Source: Camelus dromedarius (lineage: Eukaryota). From it: a DNA stretch of 64,000 nucleotides. Below, in pieces: positions 26,483 through 36,880 of this stretch (positions are counted from its first letter, which is position 1; every line of letters starts with the position of its first letter). The DNA lies in NCBI RefSeq assembly GCF_036321535.1, contig NC_087447.1, forward strand, positions 35,280,001 to 35,344,000, written 5' to 3'. Position numbers and translations under genes: made by a program. The notes below the pieces were generated by a model, which was given only the letters and a program-made list of their open reading frames with translations, ran no database searches and was not told the origin of the DNA.

Positions 26483-29400
26483 ATTATGTTCATTTTGGTA
26501 ATGTGAATTATGTGGATTGATTTGTGGAAACAACCATCCTTGCACCCCTTGAATAAATCCCACTTGATCATGGTGTATGCTTCTTTTAATGTACTGTATT
26601 AGGTTTGCTAATATTTTGTTGAAAATTTTTACATTTACAATTTATAATTTTTGTTCTCTCTTTTAAAAAATTACTTATTTATATTTATTTTAAAATTTTT
26701 AATTAAATTTTTTTAATTAAACAATTTTATTTCTTTTTTTGGGGAAAGTCTTTATCATTCACATCTGAGTGATAGCTTTGCTGGATAGAGTATTCTTCGT
26801 TGACAGTTTTTCTCTCTTAGTATTTTGAGAATGTCATTCCAGTCCTTTCAGGCCTATAGAATTTCTGCTAGGAAATCTGTTGATAGCCTAATAGGGGTTC
26901 CTTTGTAGGGTACCATTCTTTTTTCCCTGGCTGCATTTAAAACGTTTTGTCATTGACTTTGGACAATTTGAATATAATGTATCTCGGAGAAGGTCTTTTT
27001 GTGTTGAGGTAATTAGTTGTTCTGTTAGTTTCATGGACTTGTATGCCCAGTTCCTTCTCCAGGTTTGGGAATTTCTTAGCTATTATTTCTTTAAATAAAC
27101 TCTCTCCTCCCCTTTCCATCTCTTCTCTTTCTGTGATTCTCACTATCCTAATGTTGCCTTTCCTATAAGAATTGGATTTTTTCATCATTTTAAGGTCTTA
27201 TTTCTTTTTTCTTCTACTTGTTTCATTTCTAGGTTTCTATCTTCAAGATCACTATTTCTCCCTTCTGTGTGGTCCGCTTGATAATTTTCAATGTTTTCAG
27301 TACATTCGTCATCTCATTTGTTGAGTTTTTCATTTCCAGAAGTTGGTTCTTCTTTAGGGTTTTAATCTCTTTTTAAAGTATTCCCCTGTTCATTAATTTT
27401 ATTCCTCAGTTTTGAAGTATCTTTTTGAGTTTTCTTGTAGCTCTTTGACTTTCTTCATGACAGGTATTTTGAATTCTCTATCAGTTAGATTGCAATATTC
27501 TGCGACTTTAAGTTTGGTTTCTGGGGATTTCTCATTTTCCTTTTGTGGTCCAGTGTTACTGTGGTTCTTCATAGTGCTTGATGAGTTGTTCTCTGCTGAC
27601 ACTTTTAAAGTAGTGAGCACCTTTCTGCTTGATTCTAATGATTCAGCAGGTTAGAAATTAGAGGCCTTTCTTTTATTTTCCAGTAGGTGGCGCTATAGCA
27701 CAGGTTTTTGGTTTCTCTTACCTGAGCAGCCTCTGGTTATATTTGAGTCTGCATTCTCTGCACTCCGCCTTCTCTGTCTGTGGTGTGGTGTAGTGTCCTT
27801 GTTATCACCTGTACCTCCAGGGTCATTGATGCCTTGCTTCTGCCATTGTTGCAGGCATTGCTGCCTGGTGCACCAGGATGGTGGGCTCCTCCCTCATGTC
27901 CAGGATCCCCTGAGTAGCAGGTTCTGCCGCCTTTACGGGGGAGAGTTGGGAGGTAGTCAGGATTGTGCACGTACCTCTGCTGTGTCCAGTGTTGTAAGAT
28001 TCATGGGCCCTGAAGCTGCTGGTGAGGGGGTAGTGTCGGGGGGCTGGAGTCATGGGCGCCTCAGAGGCTGGGGATATGGAGTCCCAAGCTCCACTGCCAC
28101 TGCTGCCCAGTTATCTGTCACGGTAGGTGCCACTGTGGCCGGGAGGCTGTGGTCATGTGTACTGCCTCCCCTGCTACTACCGGGCTCTCTGGTGCTAGAG
28201 GGCTAAGATTGCAGGCGCTGCTTCCTCTGTGTTTCCAATCTACCCACCTTTAAATGTACAGATGTGTGGAAAATTCTCCAGTGTCCTGTCACCTTTGTTG
28301 CATTGTGGATATTTTACTGGTTGTAGATTGACGGGGAGAGACAAAGGTCGCTATTCACTCTACAGTGTTGCTGACTCCCAGGATGGTTTTTTTAAACAAA
28401 AAATTGGATTATGTGACTCTCCTCCTTGAAACTCCTTACACTGGACTCAAAATAAAATCCATATTCTTAAGCTGTTCCCTTTTGGCCTGGCCTTACCATC
28501 TCATTCTCACTCCTCACTATTGCTTTTGTGTATTGTAGGCCCTTTTTGAGGTCTTTGAACTCACCAGGTTCTTTCCTGTGTCAAGTTATCTTCCATGTTT
28601 CCTTTGTCAGACGTGCAGGCTCCTTCACCCTGCATTCCTGATTCCTCCCCCCAAATTTGTGCACATGTGGACCACGTGCACATGCTCGCTAAGCTTGTCT
28701 CATCTTTCACCTCTCTGCTTAAATGTCACTTCCTCATAGAGCTCTTCTATGATCCTCAAAAAAAAAAGCCAAAAAACAAAAAACCCTGCCAGTCTCTCTA
28801 ATGATTCCTTGGTCTTTTCCTTTATAGCACTTAGCACCGTTTCTAAGTATAGATTTATTTATGTGTTTGTCTAAGTTCTCTTTCCTTTAGACCGTAAGCT
28901 CCATGAGAGTACAGGGATTATCGTGTCTGTTTTGCTTCTCATTCGTACTCAGTGCCTCCGTGCTACAACATTCTCACAAACGGTTTTGACCATCTCGTAC
29001 ATGCAGACAGAGTGCTAAGAGTGGTCAGAGCCAACACTATTTCTGTGTGTTCGAGCAGGTTGGAGCCCAGAGACTGTGGAGGAATGGAAGCTGCTTCTAC
29101 ACCTCGTACAGAACAAGAGCACAAAGCCAGCCCCCCAGAAGCCACCAAACGGGAACTTCAGTGATGGGCCTTCCCCTGTCAATGTGGAGAATGTAGCACT
29201 CCTGTTAGCTAAGGCTATGGGCCCAGATCGGGCCTGGTCACTATTGCAGGAATGTGGTTTGACCCTTGAGCTGTCAGAGAGGTTTACCAGGACCTGCGAT
29301 ATTTTGAGGATTGCTGAGAAAAGGCAGAGGTAATGTCAGTCTGTCATGCCCCTGTCATGCCCTGTCCCTGGGTGCTTCGGGGATGTAGAAATGGCACAGA

Positions 29401-30822
29401 CTTTCAGAGCTGGGTGGGACTGTAGAGGTTGTCCAGTCCAAACTCCTCACTGACAGATGAGGGAGTGGAGATTCATCTGTTGATTCAGGTGATTAAGGGA
29501 AGAGGCTAAAGTAATCTTTTGTTCATAATCATGATCAAGACACTGTTTGGGTTAATGTGAATACCCAAATCTGATGTGTACTCATTTCTTTAAGAACATT
29601 AATTGGTACCACATACCTAATTGTCTCAGGGCTATTTTGGTTTCATTTTTGGTTTTAATTAGGTGAAACACAGATAACATAAAATTTATCGTCAGCGATT
29701 TTTAAGCGTTAGGTTCCGTGGTGTTGAGTATATCCGTATCATTCTGCAGCCAATTTCCGGGACTCTTCCATCTCACAAAACTGAACCTCTGTATACACAT
29801 TAAACAAGAATTCCTCATTTCTTCCTCCACCCAGCCCCTGGCAACCACCATTCTCTTTCTGTCTGATTTTGACTACTCTTAAGTGCCTCACATAAGTGGA
29901 AGCATACAGTTGTTGTCTTTCTGCGACTGGCTGGTTTCATTTAGCATAATGTCCTCAAGGTTCATTCATGTTCCAGCATGTGCCAGATGTCCTTCCTTTT
30001 TAAGGCTGAGTAATAACTTCATTATATGTATGCTCCACATTTTATTTATCCATTCATCTTTCAATAGACACTTGTGTTGCTGCCACCTCTTGGCTCTTCT
30101 GAGTAACGCTGCTATGAATATGGGTGTACAAATATTTCTTTAGACCTTGCTTTTATTTCTTTTGGGTATGTACCAAGGAGTGGAACTCCTGGATCAGGTG
30201 GTTGTTCTATTTTTAATATTTTGAGGAACCACCATACTGCTGTTTTCCACAGAGGCTGCACCAGTTTGTATTCCCACCCACAGTGCTCAAGAGTTCCAGT
30301 TCTTCTGCATCCCACCAACACTACTTATTTTCTGGTTTTTTGGCTAGTAGCTCTCCTAATAGGCATGAGATAATATCTCATTGTATTTTTTATTTGCATT
30401 TCCCTAATAATTAGTGATGTTGAACATCTTTTCATAAGATTATTGGCCATTTGAATGTCATCTTTGAAGAAGTACCTATTTAAGTCTTTCCCACTTAAAA
30501 ATCATATTATTTGTTGTTATTGTATGAGTTCTTTATATACTCGGGGAATTAACCCCTCAGACATATGACTTGCAGATATTTCTCTCCCGTTTTGTAGGAC
30601 AGGATGCTGTTTCATAGGATGCCTTTTCACTCTGTTCGTTGTGTCTTTTGATGCAGTCAGGCAATGTTTTGAATCCTCTACTTTTTTGTGGGTTTTTAAG
30701 TTTTCTGAAAAGAATGAACATTGAAAACTAAATTTGCTTGTTTCTTTTCTTTGGTTTTCAGAGCCTTGATACAAAGCATGCTTGAAAAATGTGATCGGTT
30801 TCTCTGGTCTCAGCAGGCCTAG
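1217..30822 (+). CDS. HPS5: HPS5 (Hermansky-Pudlak syndrome 5, BLOC-2 subunit), 5'-partial multi-exon CDS; 21 coding exons in window
   Basis: Exons spliced by hand: 1217-1327,1506-1570,2020-2212,3402-3535,7063-7275,7612-7683,11268-11356,12401-12579,13034-13192,13773-13959,14641-14764,15607-15756,16944-17021,17324-17904,19836-19956,20142-20297,21074-21193,21964-22077,24575-24681,29059-29329,30762-30822. Total 3285 nt, all GT-AG, phases compatible. Translation [14 protein letters not shown]...[14 protein letters not shown] matches HPS5 as I recall it. Confidence 0.97.
1506..1570 (+). CDS. HPS5: HPS5 coding exon (approx. exon 4)
   Basis: tctag|GAA...ACC AG|gtgag; [21 protein letters not shown]. 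Confidence 0.95.
1648..1765. mobile_element. hAT-Blackjack MITE (MER94-like)
   Basis: gtgtgaccaatcatcctgatttgcctggac...cagttggtcaccct, with inverted termini. Confidence 0.6.
2020..2212 (+). CDS. HPS5: HPS5 coding exon (approx. exon 5)
   Basis: ttgcag|T CAA...GCA AAG|gtgag; [28 protein letters not shown]...NTSKQAK. Confidence 0.95.
3402..3535 (+). CDS. HPS5: HPS5 coding exon (approx. exon 6)
   Basis: tttag|GCA...GAG AG|gtata; [44 protein letters not shown]. Confidence 0.95.
7063..7275 (+). CDS. HPS5: HPS5 coding exon (approx. exon 7)
   Basis: tattag|A GAA...TTA AG|gtaat; [22 protein letters not shown]...PPLPVITL (inside ORF 7034..7279). Confidence 0.95.
7612..7683 (+). CDS. HPS5: HPS5 coding exon (approx. 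exon 8)
   Basis: cctag|A TCA...CTT AG|gtaag; [23 protein letters not shown]. Confidence 0.95.
10368..10501 (+). repeat. Perfect 66-bp tandem duplication (2 copies, 2-nt spacer)
   Basis: atgcttggggatcaagaagg...ggaaatcagtgac at 10368-10433 and 10436-10501. Confidence 0.95.
10590..10770 (+). mobile_element. MIR SINE remnant
   Basis: MIR core-like: ctctctgagcttcaatttttctttt...gtaaaacaggaataatatatctatcttgatgagttgtt. Confidence 0.55.
11268..11356 (+). CDS. HPS5: HPS5 coding exon (approx. exon 9)
   Basis: ttgtag|T GAG...AAA G|gtaac; [29 protein letters not shown]. Confidence 0.95.
12401..12579 (+). CDS. HPS5: HPS5 coding exon (approx. exon 10)
   Basis: ttgtag|AT ATT...AGC AGA|gtgag; [20 protein letters not shown]...QNSVIASR. 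Confidence 0.95.
13034..13192 (+). CDS. HPS5: HPS5 coding exon (approx. exon 11)
   Basis: tattag|GGA...TCA CAT|gtagg; [18 protein letters not shown]...[10 protein letters not shown]. Confidence 0.95.
13773..13959 (+). CDS. HPS5: HPS5 coding exon (approx. exon 12)
   Basis: ttttag|GAA...GAA G|gtgat; [27 protein letters not shown]...CGSQGTE. Confidence 0.94.
14641..14764 (+). CDS. HPS5: HPS5 coding exon (approx. exon 13)
   Basis: catcag|AC AGT...GAG AG|gtaaa; [40 protein letters not shown]. Confidence 0.94.
15607..15756 (+). CDS. HPS5: HPS5 coding exon (approx. exon 14)
   Basis: ttccag|T GTT...ACT GT|gtaag; [49 protein letters not shown]. Confidence 0.93.
16944..17021 (+). CDS. HPS5: HPS5 coding exon (approx. 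exon 15)
   Basis: ttctag|G GGG...GCC AT|gtgag; [25 protein letters not shown]. Confidence 0.93.
17324..17904 (+). CDS. HPS5: HPS5 large coding exon (approx. exon 16)
   Basis: gtatag|G ACC...AAA G|gtaat; [30 protein letters not shown]...WDTFIEGLK (inside ORF 17307..17978). Confidence 0.96.
18380..18858. mobile_element. Old MaLR LTR (MLT1-like)
   Basis: cacatggccccacctaactgcaaaggagtctgggaaatgtaa is a hallmark MLT1 segment. Confidence 0.6.
19836..19956 (+). CDS. HPS5: HPS5 coding exon (approx. exon 17)
   Basis: ttttag|AA ATG...ACC CG|gtgag; [39 protein letters not shown]. Confidence 0.95.
20142..20297 (+). CDS. HPS5: HPS5 coding exon (approx. exon 18)
   Basis: atgcag|A TTG...CAA CG|gtgag; [51 protein letters not shown]. 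Confidence 0.95.
21074..21193 (+). CDS. HPS5: HPS5 coding exon (approx. exon 19)
   Basis: tcttag|G CCA...CCC AG|gtata; [39 protein letters not shown]. Confidence 0.95.
21964..22077 (+). CDS. HPS5: HPS5 coding exon (approx. exon 20)
   Basis: tcatag|G CCT...CAT GG|gtaag; [37 protein letters not shown]. Confidence 0.95.
23249..24520. mobile_element. hAT-Charlie MITE (MER3-like) split by an L1 insertion
   Basis: cagggctgtc...gctacatgtggccactgaatactt [L1] gaaat...aatttaaatagccacatgtggctaatgtccactgtattgg. Confidence 0.6.
23323..24397 (-). mobile_element. 5'-truncated young LINE-1 (ORF2 C-terminus, 3'UTR, polyA) with a perfect 13-bp TSD
   Basis: ORF 23655..24086 ([10 protein letters not shown]...[18 protein letters not shown]) is the L1 ORF2 C-terminus; polyT at 23321; TSD ccactgaatactt at 23310-23322 and 24398-24410. 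Confidence 0.92.
24575..24681 (+). CDS. HPS5: HPS5 coding exon (approx. exon 21)
   Basis: ctttag|T TTC...AAT G|gtaag; [35 protein letters not shown]. Confidence 0.95.
26058..28377 (-). mobile_element. Internally deleted LINE-1 (5'UTR, ORF1, short ORF2 pieces, 3' end) inside an L2 remnant
   Basis: ORFs 27399..27620 and 26937..27188 are L1 ORF1-like ([36 protein letters not shown]). GC-rich 5'UTR at 27650-28377; 3' end at 26060-26440. Degenerate TSD ccagaatggttc / ccaggatggttt. Confidence 0.75.
29059..29329 (+). CDS. HPS5: HPS5 coding exon (approx. exon 22)
   Basis: gagcag|GT TGG...CAG AG|gtaat; [17 protein letters not shown]...[10 protein letters not shown]. Confidence 0.94.
29645..30660 (-). 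mobile_element. Older LINE-1 3' fragment
   Basis: ORF 30112..30321 ([33 protein letters not shown]) is L1 ORF2 C-terminus; L1 3'UTR follows. Confidence 0.85.
30762..30822 (+). CDS. HPS5: HPS5 last coding exon, up to the stop codon
   Basis: tttcag|A GCC TTG ATA CAA...[28 protein letters not shown]. Confidence 0.95.
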
Positions 30823-31669
30823 AGGAGGAAGATTCAGCAGGGTGTCTCGGCATTTTGAGAAAAACTGAATCGTGCTCCTCAACCTTCTGAAATCATTTGC
30901 TATTGAAGGAAAGGCCCCACCTGAGATCCCTGCAACCTTATTGGGAGCACTTTTGTGTGTGTCTTTAATGTCTGCATTTGTGGCTCTAATTGTGACCTCA
31001 GTGTTTTCCAGTCAAAGTTCAATTTGAAAAGGAATCAGTGCTTTTTTGCCGAAATGAAGTGCTCTGGAAGGAGTCAGAATGTGAATGTTCCCAGCTGTGC
31101 CATGCTTATTCTGAACAACAGCATTATTTTTCCTTGCTAGTTGGCTGGTGGAATTCTTTTCCTTTTGTGATTGCCATATAGGGAGCAGAAGTTTCTCATC
31201 CTGGTTGCATGCAGACATAAGTGTAATTGACAGAAATTGAATTCCTTTTTTATCTTGTCTGGGACTATTGAGAAATTACTGGAAAAAGACCTGGTATAGT
31301 GGAATTAACACATAAAATAAGTGAAACAATGAAGATTCAAATTAGATATTTTAAATGAAATGGCCCCATATTTAAACTGAGCTAATTTAAAACCTGTTTT
31401 TTTTCTAGTATTTGACATTTTTAAACCTGAATCTATATGTAACTAATTGATTACTAGAAATGTTTTACTATATTTTTTTCCTAAAAAGAGTCGCCCAAAG
31501 GAATCATGCACTTTTAAAAATTGTTTTTTAAAAGCCATAATAGAGGAAGGCTGAGTGCTGATAAAGACTGCAACACGTGCTCGTATTCTTTAAGCCAAGT
31601 ACTAGATTGCACTCCTCAGGCTCCTTATACTCACACTGCATGTTATATTAATACTAAATGTAAAATCTG

Positions 31670-31675
31670 ATTAAA
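31670..31675 (+). terminator. Candidate HPS5 polyadenylation signal (ATTAAA)
   Basis: ATTAAA ~850 nt after the stop, at the end of an AT-rich 3'UTR-like stretch and before the repeat pile. Not the only possible site. Confidence 0.4.
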
Positions 31676-32146
31676 ATTTTTATTTGAATAGAATATAGAC
31701 ATGAGATTTATTATGGACAATTTGCAGGAAGTTGTGGGGTAAACCTCAGTGTGGAGTAAGCAAAGTATTGGATACATTGAATGATTCTCTTCTTTTTTTC
31801 ATTTATAATGCATAACCGTAGGCACAAATTGCTGTCATACTTCCACATGACATTTGGATATGATGAAACCAGATTAACTGAAGAGATTGCCAGAGGAGGG
31901 AGGCTTCACCAAGCTTCTTAGAATTTTGAAAAGTGTAGAAAGCCTAATCATTTTGGTCACCAGCGTGTGGTGGGGTATGTGTGGTGTTTCCCTCCTCAAG
32001 CAATTCTCCAGTACTAGCTGGGTGTCCTGCAGTTCTCGTTTCATTACCTACTCAGAGAGAGCAGCACATTCTGCAGGGTCAGGGGTCAGCCACACAAGAT
32101 TGCTGCCACTTCAGATGCCGGTCACAAGTCCAGGTGGTTAACTATA

Positions 32147-35100
32147 CAGGCATACCTCTTTTAAAAAAAAATATTTTTTTAATGAAGTATGGTTGGTTTA
32201 CAATGTTGTATTAATTTCAGGTATACAGCAAAGTGATTCATGTATATATATATATTCTTTTTTAGAGTCTTCTCCATCATTGGTTATTACAGGATATTGA
32301 ATATAGTTCCCTATGCTTTACAGTAAGTCCTTGTTGTTTATCTATTTTATACACAGCAGTGTGTATCTGTTAATTCCGAACTCCTAATTTATCCCTCCCC
32401 ATGCATTTTCCCTTTGGTAGCAGTAAGTTTGTTTTCTGTGTCTGTGAGGTCTGTGAGTCTGTTTCTGTTTTGTAAAAAAGTTCATTTGTGTAATTTTCTT
32501 TATGGGTAATTTTTTTAGATTCCACATATAAGTGATATTATATGGCAGTTTTCTTTCTCTTTCTGGCTTACTTCACTTAGGATGATGATCTCCAGGTCCA
32601 CCCATGTTGTTGCAAATGGCATTATTTTATTTTTTATGGCCAAGTAGTATTCCATTGTATATATATACCACAACTTCTTTATCCAATCATCTGTTGATGG
32701 ACATTTAGGTTGCTTCCATGTCTTGGCTATTGTAAATAGTGCTCCTGTGAACACTGGGGTGCATGTATCTTTTCAAGTTAGCCTTTCCTGTGAATATGTA
32801 CCCAGGAGTGGGATTGCTGGATTGTAGAGTAAATCTATTTTTAGTTTTTTGAGGAATCTCCATACTGTTCGCCATAGTGGCTGTACCAAACTACATTCCT
32901 GCCAGCAATGTAGGAGGGTTCCCCTTTCTCTACACCCTCTCCAGCATTTATGGTTTGTAGACTTTTTAGTGATGGCCATTCTGAATAGCCTCATACAATG
33001 AGGTGATACTTCATTGTAGTTTTGATTTCCATTTCTCTGATAATTAGCAATATTGAGCATTTTTTAATGTACTTATTATTCTGTCCACTTTTTGATTGGA
33101 ATATTTGGTTTTTTGATATTGAGTTGTATGAGCTGTTTGTATATTTTGGAAATTAAGCCCTTTCAGTCACATTATTTGCAAATATTTTCTCCCATTCCAT
33201 AGATTGTCTCTTGTTTTGTTGATGGTTTCCTTTGCTGTGCAAAAGCTTGTATTTGTTTGGGTCCCATTATTTAGTCTTGCTTTTTTTCTTTTGCTTTGGG
33301 AGACTGATCTAGGAAAATATTGCTGTGGCTTATGTTGGAAAATGTTTTGAGACACACCTCTTTTTTATTGCACTCTGCTTTATTGCACTTTGCAGACATT
33401 GGTTTTTTTTTTTTTTTTTCCATCCACAAATTGAAGGTTTGTGACAACCCTGTGTTGAGTAAATCTACTTACTGGCACAGTTTTTCCAATAGGATTTCCT
33501 CACTTCCTGTCATTGTGTCAGATTTTTGTAATTATGTAATATTTCAGACTTTTTCATTATTGTATTATGGTAATCTGTGATCAGTGATCTTCAGTGTTAC
33601 GCTGTAATTATTTTGTGGCACCACTGCACGCATGTAAAATGGCAACCTTAATTAAGAAATGTATGTGTTCTGACTGCAGCACTGACTCTGTTGTTCCCCG
33701 TCTCTCTCCCTCTCTCTGGGAGACACAACAATATTGGGATTAGGCCAGTTAATAACCCTATGGTGACCTCTAAGTGTTCAAGTGAAAGGAAGAGTTTCAC
33801 ATCTCTCACTTTGAATCAAAAGCTGGAAATGATTAAGCTTAGTGAGGAAGGTGTGTTGAAAGCGCTACCTCTCTTTGATTCTGTGACGGGTGAGAGAGGT
33901 GAGGAAGCTGCAGAAGAAAAGTCTGTAGCTAGCATAGGTTGGCTCATGAAGTTTAAGGAAAGAAGCTGTCTCCATAACATCAAAGTGCTAGGTGAAGCAG
34001 CAGGTGCTGGTGTAGACGCTGCAGTGAGTTATCCAGAAGATCTGAGATAATTCCTAAAGGTAGCTACACAGAACAACAGGTTTTCAGTGTAGACAAAACA
34101 GCCTCATATTGGGAAAGGATGCCATGCAGTACTTAATAGCTAGAGAGGAGAAGTCAATACCTGACTCCAAAGCTTCCAAGGACAGGCTGCCTCTCCTGTT
34201 AGGGGCTGATGCAGGTGGTGACTTTAAGTTGAAGCCAATGCTTATTTATCATTGCAGAATCTATGGGTCCTTAAGAATTGTGCTAAATCTGCTCTGCCTG
34301 TGCTCTGTAAAGGGGATGACAGCGTGGATGACAGTACCAGTGTTTACAGCATCACAGTTTAATGAACATTTTAAGCTCACTGTTGAGCCCTACTGCTCAG
34401 AAAAAAAAGATTCCTTTCAAAATATTACTGCTCATTGACAATGCATTTGGTCACACAAGAGCTCTGATGGACATGTACAAGATCCGTGTTTTTATGTCTA
34501 CTCATACAGTACCCATTCTGCAGCCCATGGATCAAGGAGTAATTTCAACTTTCAATCTTACTGCTTAAGAAATACATGTTGTAAGGCTGTAACTGCCATA
34601 GATAATGATTCCTCTGATGGATTTGGGCAAAGTAAATTGGAAACCTGGAAAGGATGCACCATTCTAGATGCCATTAAGAACATTCACAATTCATGGGGAG
34701 AGGCTAACGTATTAACAACAGGAGTTTGAAAGCTCTAATGGGTGGCTTTGAGGAGTTCAAGACTTCAGTGGAGGAAGTAACTGCAGATGTGGTGGAAATA
34801 ACAAGAGAACTATAATAAGAAGTGGGGCTTGAAGATGTGACTCAATTGCTGCAATCTCACGATGAAACTTTAACAGGTGAGGAGTTGCTTCTTATGAATG
34901 AGCAAAGAAAGTGGTTTCTTGAGATGGAATCTACTCTTGGTGAAGACTGTTGAAATGACAGCAAAGGATTTAGAATATTACAAAAACTTAGTTGATAAAG
35001 CAGTGACATTGTTGAGAGAAAATTGACTCCAATTTTGAAAGAAGTTCTACTGTGAGTAAAATGCTATGAAATAGCATTGCATGCTACAGAGAAACCATTT

Positions 35101-35475
35101 ATGAAAGGAAGAATCAATTGATGTGGCAGACTTCTGTGCGGTCTTACTTTAAGAAATTGCCACAGCCACTCCAGCTTCAGCAAACAACACCCTGATCGGT
35201 GAGCAACCATCGATATGGAGGCAAGACCCTCCACCAGCAAAAAGATTATAACTCACTGAAGTCTCAGATGATGGTTAGCATGTCTTAGCATTAAAGTATT
35301 TTTAAAGTAAGATATATACATTGTTTTTTAAAGATATAATGCTTTTGCATGCTTAATCGATTATAGTATAGTGTAAACTAAATTTTACATGTGCTGGGAA
35401 ACCAAAAAATTCATGTGGCTTGCTTTATTGCTATGGTCTGGGACCAAACTCACAATTATCTCTTGAGGTATGACT
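32147..35475 (+). mobile_element. Tigger1 (TcMar-Tigger DNA transposon), near full length, decayed transposase, split by an L1
   Basis: TA|CAGGCATACCTC left TIR, GAGGTATGAC right TIR. ORF fragments: [73 protein letters not shown]. Confidence 0.92.
32163..33350 (-). mobile_element. 5'-truncated LINE-1 inserted just inside the Tigger1 left TIR
   Basis: ORFs 32515..32754 and 32773..33060 are L1 ORF2 C-terminus; TSD ggcatacctctttt (32149-32162) / gacacacctctttt (33351-33364). Confidence 0.88.
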
Positions 35476-36880
35476 ATGCTTCTGACTGACGGGCTATGAA
35501 TCACAGGTTCCTGTGACTGCTCCCTTGGGTTCAGTTAATTTGGTAGTGTGGCTCACAGAACTCAGAGAAACGTGTTACTTACTAGGTTATCAGTTTATCC
35601 TCAAAGGATGTCATTCAGGAACAGCTGGATGGAAGGGCAAGGAGCTTCCATGCCCTCTTCCAATGCCACTCTCACTGAATCTCCACGTGGGCAACACCTG
35701 GAAGCTCTAGATAAAGCAGTGGCAGGATTGAGAGGGGAGATGGGCTGGAGGTTGAGTTTAATCACCAGTGGCCAAGGTCGGAAAATTCCAACCCTCAAAG
35801 CACATGGTTGGCTCCACGGGCAACCAGCTCCTATCCTTAGGTACAGTCCAAAACTCATCTCATTAATGTAACAAATGACAGCTTTCTCACTCTCCTCCCT
35901 TTGGAAATTCCAAGGATTTTAGGACCTCTATGCCAGGAAAGAGGATGAAGACCAAATACATTTTCTTACAAATCACAATAGCACACCTTCCCAATAGGAT
36001 CAGCTGGATCATGGCTGTTACTAGAGTATGTTGAATGTGAGTGTGTACTAAGGGAATGAGGGAGAGCTCTCCTTTCACAGTCAGCTTTTGCCATTACACA
36101 GTGACTGTCCAGAAGAGGGCCCAGAGGAGATCGCAGCAGGAGGAGACAGCCTGGCACAGTTGTGCAATCATTTCCCTGCAGATTTTTCTAGGGCACGTCA
36201 CAGCAATCCTCATTTTCCAAGAGGGTACAGAGAATTTTCTAGCATTAAAAAAAAAAAAACAACAAAAACTCATTCGGCTAGACATTAAAATTTGAAACAG
36301 TCTACTTGGTTATTAGGCAGAATTTTCAAGTACAACTTGTGATCTTTCACTTGCCTAAAAATGCTGGCAGACTGATTCCTGGTTGCCTCATTTTTACTTT
36401 TCCTTCCAGACATGACCTGTGTTTACCAGGAGTACAAGGGTAGCATAGTGGCCAAGAGCTTGGGTTCTGAGGCAGACTTTCTGGCTTTGAATATCTGCAT
36501 TTGTACAAACAACTTTATAGAGAAGTTACTTTGTTTCTCCAAGTTTCAGTTTTCTCATAATAGGGCTAATAGCACTTGCCTAGGGTATACTGGGGCTAAT
36601 AACACTTGATTAGGGTAGTTTGAGGCTTAAATTAAATAATGAAAGTGATTCACACAGTGCACAGAGTGAGATTCAAACTACCCTGTTGTGATCATTAAAT
36701 GAGACTAAAATGCAGAGCATAGTGCCTGTGGCATAATGTCTACTTAATAAATGTTAGCTGTTATTTGAAAGATTTGGAATATCATTTCATCTGGTAGTGA
36801 TCAGACCCGTGTAAATTGGTTTACCTGAATCAGAGTGAGTGGTATTATTGCAAACAACTTCGCATGCCTGATAGTGAGGC

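Larger units (their letters stand above)
31965..35985. mobile_element. MER21-like LTR, split by Tigger1
   Basis: cacttcagatgccggtcacaagtccaggt (32108-) resumes after Tigger1 as cttctgactgacgggctatgaatcacaggttcc...gttaatttggtagtgtggctcacagaactcag; ends cacaatagcaca. Confidence 0.7.

Noticed and set aside
33691..34568. Transposase-like ORFs as a domesticated TIGD-type gene
   Set aside because: Fragments lie in different frames with stops, inside a TIR-bounded Tigger1 copy: a decayed transposon.
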